Shown here piece by piece: positions 60,435 through 64,000 of a DNA stretch of 64,000 bases. The notes beneath the pieces were generated by a model. That model was not told the DNA's origin, did not search any database, and saw only the letters and a list, made by a program, of their open reading frames with translations. Location: NCBI GenBank assembly GCA_965223795.1, contig CBDCXL010000002.1:3008001-3072000 (forward strand), written 5' to 3'. Every line of letters begins with the position of its first letter. The first letter of the stretch is position 1. The position numbers and the translations under genes were made by a program. The stretch comes from Nitrospinales bacterium (GTDB taxonomy: Bacteria > Nitrospinota > Nitrospinia > Nitrospinales > VA-1).

Positions 60435-60864
60435 AAAACGTTTCCGCCTTTTCATCGGATGCCCTTTCGATGCGCACGCTGCCGCCGCTGGAATTGCCGC
60501 CCGGATAAAACCGGATGGAAAACAGGCCGTCCTCGATGCGGGGGCTTCCTTCCATCGTGTGCGCCATGCGCAGACCGGGATGGAGGCTCTTGTTCACCGA
60601 GGAACGGGTTTCGGTCTCGTCGGTGAGCCAGTAGTTTCCGGTCTCGGCGTCGGCGTTGAACGAAAACACGGTTTTGAGCGTCACCGCCTCGCTGCGTGCG
60701 TAGCGCAGGGTGGCGGCGATCTGCCGCACGCCGGACTGGAGCCGCATGTTCTCCAGTGTCGTCAGCGCGAACGGCGTCGCCAGCCCGGCGATGACGCCGA
60801 TCAGAACCAGCACCAGGACCAGCTCGATGAGCGTGAATCCCGCTGCGTTCCGATTCATTTTCAT
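60376..60864 (-). CDS. gspH: Type II secretion minor pseudopilin GspH
   Basis: AG-FTLIELVLVL, LRYARSEAV, IRFYPGGNSSGG. Confidence 0.88.
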   Translation of the reverse strand: MKMNRNAAGFTLIELVLVLVLIGVIAGLATPFALTTLENMRLQSGVRQIAATLRYARSEAVTLKTVFSFNADAETGNYWLTDETETRSSVNKSLHPGLRMAHTMEGSPRIEDGLFSIRFYPGGNSSGGSVRIERASDEKAETFYEIDIDPVTGSPRIRKGER

Positions 60865-61271
60865 TCAAAGTTTTTCCAGCTGACGATGTCCTGATTGTTG
60901 TCCTCGCCCCCTTCCGCGTTGTCCGCGCCCAGCGAGATCAGATCGTAGTCCCCGTGCTCACCGGGCGAGCGGTAGATGAATTCGTTGCCCCAGGGGTCCT
61001 TGGGGATGTCCTTTTTCAGATAGGCCTTGATGGCGTTCAGGCCTTCGTCGGAGCTGGGGTATTTGTGGTTTTCCAGCCGGTGCAGATCCAGCGCCTGGCC
61101 TAAAAGTTCGATCTGGGCCTGCGCCTCCTGCTGCATGGCCTTGTCCACGTGCCCGAAAAACTTGGGCACGACCAGGGCGGCCAGGAGCCCGATGATCATC
61201 ATGACCACCATCAGCTCGATGAGAGTGAACCCCCGTTCCGCCTGTCGATTGAGATGCGTGTTTGCGTTCAT
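60861..61271 (-). CDS. gspG: Type II secretion major pseudopilin GspG
   Basis: RG-FTLIELMVV, KDPWGNEFIYRSPG, SLGADNAEGG. Confidence 0.96.
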   Translation of the reverse strand: MNANTHLNRQAERGFTLIELMVVMMIIGLLAALVVPKFFGHVDKAMQQEAQAQIELLGQALDLHRLENHKYPSSDEGLNAIKAYLKKDIPKDPWGNEFIYRSPGEHGDYDLISLGADNAEGGEDNNQDIVSWKNFE

Positions 61272-61300
61272 GGCTTCCGTTTGAAAAAGTGGGTGGAAAA

Positions 61301-62527
61301 TTAAAACGACACGTCGTTGATGCTGAAAATCGCCATCAGCATGGAGATGACGATGAATCCGATGATCGCCGCCATGATCAGGATCATGAACGGTTCGAGC
61401 AGCGTCAGGATCTGCTTGACCGCCTGCTCGACTTCGCGGTCGTAGGTCTTGGCCACTTTCTCCAGCATGGCGTCCAGCGAACCGGAGGTTTCGCCGACGG
61501 TGATCATGTGCACCGCCATGGCGGGGAACACGCCGGTTTCCTGCAGCGGGCCGGAAAGCCCCTTGCCGCCCTTGAGGCCCTTCTTCAGATGGTCCATCGC
61601 CGAGACGATGACCCGGTTGCCCAGAATCGAGCGCACGATCTGAAGCGCCGGCAGGACGGGCACGCCGCTTTTGAGCAGGGTGGCCAGCGTCAGGCTGAAG
61701 CGGGACACTTCGATCTTGCGCACCAGCGTGCCGAACAGGGGCAGCCGCAGTACGAGGGCGTCTAAGAGCAGGCGGCCGCGTTCGTTTTTAAGCAGTGCAA
61801 CCAGCCCCGCAGCCGCCGCAACGATGAGAAGCAGAACCGCCCACCAGTATTCGACGACCGCTCCGCTGACGCCGAGCATGATTTTGGTGGGCAGCGGCAA
61901 AGCCTGGCCCATCTCCTCGAACAGCTTGGAAAACTGCGGGATCACCACGGTCAGCAGCACGGCCACGGCGGCGCCGCCCACGAAAAACAGGATCGCGGGG
62001 TAGACCATGGCGGAGCGCATGTTGTTTTTCAGGTCCTCCAGTTTTTCCAGATAGTCGGCGAGCCGGGTGAGGGACGTGCTGAGCGTGCCGCCGGTTTCGC
62101 CGGCGCGCACCATGTTGATGTAGAGTTTGGAAAAGACTTTGGGATGCTCCTTGAGCGCCTCGGCGAAGGTGCTTCCCGAATGCACACGGTTCTGCACGTC
62201 CGCCAGCACCTCGCGGGTGCGGTCGTTTTCCGCCAGCTTCACCAGGCTGAACAGGCTCTGGTCGAGGGTCAGCCCCGAATCCACCAGCGTGGCGAGCTGG
62301 TGCGTGAGGGTCATCAGTTCCTTGTTGGCGATTCCATTGAACCAGCCGGAGTTCAGCTTGAGGTCGAAGGAGAAACGGTTTTTGCCGGATTTTCCCTCGG
62401 ATATCTGGATGGGAAAATAATTGAGACTCTGGATCGCCTTCACCGCTCTCTGGTAATCGGGCGCTTCCACGTCGCCTTCGACGCATTGCCCCTTGAGATC
62501 GGTGGCTTTGTAGAAATAAACGGTCAT
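61301..62527 (-). CDS. gspF: Type II secretion inner membrane protein GspF
   Basis: QLATLVDSG, NMVRAGETGG, AMVYP, GETSGSL, LLEP. Confidence 0.95.
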   Translation of the reverse strand: MTVYFYKATDLKGQCVEGDVEAPDYQRAVKAIQSLNYFPIQISEGKSGKNRFSFDLKLNSGWFNGIANKELMTLTHQLATLVDSGLTLDQSLFSLVKLAENDRTREVLADVQNRVHSGSTFAEALKEHPKVFSKLYINMVRAGETGGTLSTSLTRLADYLEKLEDLKNNMRSAMVYPAILFFVGGAAVAVLLTVVIPQFSKLFEEMGQALPLPTKIMLGVSGAVVEYWWAVLLLIVAAAAGLVALLKNERGRLLLDALVLRLPLFGTLVRKIEVSRFSLTLATLLKSGVPVLPALQIVRSILGNRVIVSAMDHLKKGLKGGKGLSGPLQETGVFPAMAVHMITVGETSGSLDAMLEKVAKTYDREVEQAVKQILTLLEPFMILIMAAIIGFIVISMLMAIFSINDVSF

Positions 62528-62546
62528 GCGTGTTTTTGTCTCCGTA

Positions 62547-64000
62547 TCAGGTGCGTTCGTTCAGGGTGACGCGCAGGATTTCGCCCACGGTGGTGATTCC
62601 CTTGAGTGCCTTGTTCCAGCCGTCCTCGCGCAGCGTGGTCATTCCCGTGCCGCGCGCTGCATCGCGGATGGCCTGGGCGCTGGCCTTTTGCAGAATGAGC
62701 CGGCGGATGGCGTCGTCCACGATGAGCAGCTCGTAGATGCCGGCGCGGCCGCGAAAGCCGGTGTGGCTGCAATGCTTGCAGCCTGTGCCCTCGTAAACCC
62801 TAACGCCCGGACGGGCGAAGTCTCCCATTTCCTCGAGCAGCGCCGGGCTGAGTTCGGCCGGGACCTTGCACTCCGGACAGATCACGCGCACCAGCCTTTG
62901 CGCCAGCACGCCGAGCAACGCCGAGGAGATGAGAAAATTCTCGATGCCCATGTCCAGGAGCCGTGTGATGGCGCCCGCGGCGTCGTTGGTGTGCACGGTG
63001 CTGAACACGAGATGGCCGGTGAGCGCCGCCTGGATGGCGATCTCCGCCGTTTCCGGATCGCGCACCTCGCCGATCATGATCACGTCCGGGTCCTGGCGCA
63101 CGATGGAGCGCAGGCCGCTGGCGAAGGTGAGGCCGATCTGCGGCTTGACGTGGATCTGGTTGATGCCGCGCATCTGGTATTCGACCGGGTCCTCGACGGT
63201 GATGATTTTCTTGTCCGGCGTGTTGATCGCGTCGAGCGCGGCGTACAGCGTGGTGGTCTTGCCGCTGCCGGTCGGGCCGGTGACGAGCAGCTTGCCGTAG
63301 GGTTTGCGGATCAGCGCCTTGAGCTGATCGAGCTGGGTTTCCGGAAAACCCAGGTGATCGAGATCCACCTTCAGGTTGCCGCGGTCGAGCACGCGCATGA
63401 CGACGCTCTCGCCGTGCAGGGTGGGTAACGTGGAAACGCGCAGATCGACGTCCTTGCCGAGGACTTTCATCTTGATGCGGCCGTCCTGCGGCAGCCGACG
63501 CTCGGAGATGTCGAGCTTGGCCATGATCTTGATGCGGGTGCCGATGGCGGAATGCAGCTTTTTCGGCGGCGATTCGAATTCGTGCAGGATGCCGTCGATG
63601 CGGTAGCGCAGGATCAGATCGTCGGCGAACGGTTCGAGGTGGATGTCGCTCGCGCGCATCTCGATGGCCTGGGTGAGGATGTGGTTGACCAGCTTGATGA
63701 CCGGCGCTTCCGAGGCCATGTCGCGGATGTGTTCGGTGCTGTCCGGGTCCGTCCCGCCGTCCTGGATGTCCTCGTCCTGTATCTTTCCCACCATGCGCGC
63801 CATCGCCGAGCCGCCTTCGCCGTAGTGCATTTCGATGTTCTGCACGATGTCCTCTTCGCTGGCGAGGACGATGTGGATCTTGCGGCCCAGCGTCACGGTC
63901 AGGTTTTCCAGCGTGGCGCGGTCGAAGGGATCGAACACGGCGACTGTGAGAGCGCTGGCATTCAGTTCCAGGGGCAGGAGGATCTTTTCACGCAGAAAGG
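62547..64000 (-). CDS. gspE: Type II secretion ATPase GspE (N-terminus beyond window end)
   Basis: ASDIHLEP, RRLPQDGR, GPTGSGKTTTLY, RQDPDVIMIGEVRD, CPEC/CKHC. Confidence 0.96.
   Translation of the reverse strand, partial: FLREKILLPLELNASALTVAVFDPFDRATLENLTVTLGRKIHIVLASEEDIVQNIEMHYGEGGSAMARMVGKIQDEDIQDGGTDPDSTEHIRDMASEAPVIKLVNHILTQAIEMRASDIHLEPFADDLILRYRIDGILHEFESPPKKLHSAIGTRIKIMAKLDISERRLPQDGRIKMKVLGKDVDLRVSTLPTLHGESVVMRVLDRGNLKVDLDHLGFPETQLDQLKALIRKPYGKLLVTGPTGSGKTTTLYAALDAINTPDKKIITVEDPVEYQMRGINQIHVKPQIGLTFASGLRSIVRQDPDVIMIGEVRDPETAEIAIQAALTGHLVFSTVHTNDAAGAITRLLDMGIENFLISSALLGVLAQRLVRVICPECKVPAELSPALLEEMGDFARPGVRVYEGTGCKHCSHTGFRGRAGIYELLIVDDAIRRLILQKASAQAIRDAARGTGMTTLREDGWNKALKGITTVGEILRVTLNERT

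Overview
GC-rich bacterial chromosomal window, mostly core genome. Gene content (ATP citrate lyase of the reductive TCA cycle, hrcA-grpE, argB-hslUV-xerC, a sulfur-carrier cysteine operon, an E-F-G-H-I-J-K-L-M-D type II secretion cluster) suggests a chemolithoautotroph, possibly Nitrospina-like; the taxon is an inference. Order: ilvD (partial), B12 radical SAM, mutM, grpE, hrcA, soluble triple-PAS chemoreceptor, argB, hslU, hslV, xerC, hypotheticals, HAD phosphatase, a TPR-trypsin/YkuD-like pair, two unannotated 23-aa membrane peptides, VWA-HK-RR-GNAT with two MITE/REP elements, comM, an ATP-grasp::FMN-dehydrogenase fusion plus aldolase-like gene, aclB-aclA, cbiZ, AMMECR1, ispB, GT2, HEAT protein, oxyR/dps/cytochrome c peroxidase, manC, ZIP, ABC exporter pair, cNMP protein, ArsR-SRPBCC, rlpA, SDR, GNAT, ABM, REP cluster, cysK-thrC-like-sulfur carrier-moeB-cysM-like-fdx, gspD-E. 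No rRNA, tRNA, CRISPR array or transposase was recognised. Best novelty candidates: (1) a coupled pair of secreted proteins that both appear to have lost their catalytic nucleophile (trypsin Ser->Leu, L,D-transpeptidase-like Cys->Ala), with two paralogous 23-aa hydrophobic micropeptides encoded convergently right next to it; (2) the ATP-grasp::Fe-S/FMN dehydrogenase fusion and aldolase upstream of ACL; (3) a triplicated translation-start cassette forming coupled leader ORFs in front of the thrC-like sulfur-carrier genes. All calls come from reading motifs by eye; no searches were run.
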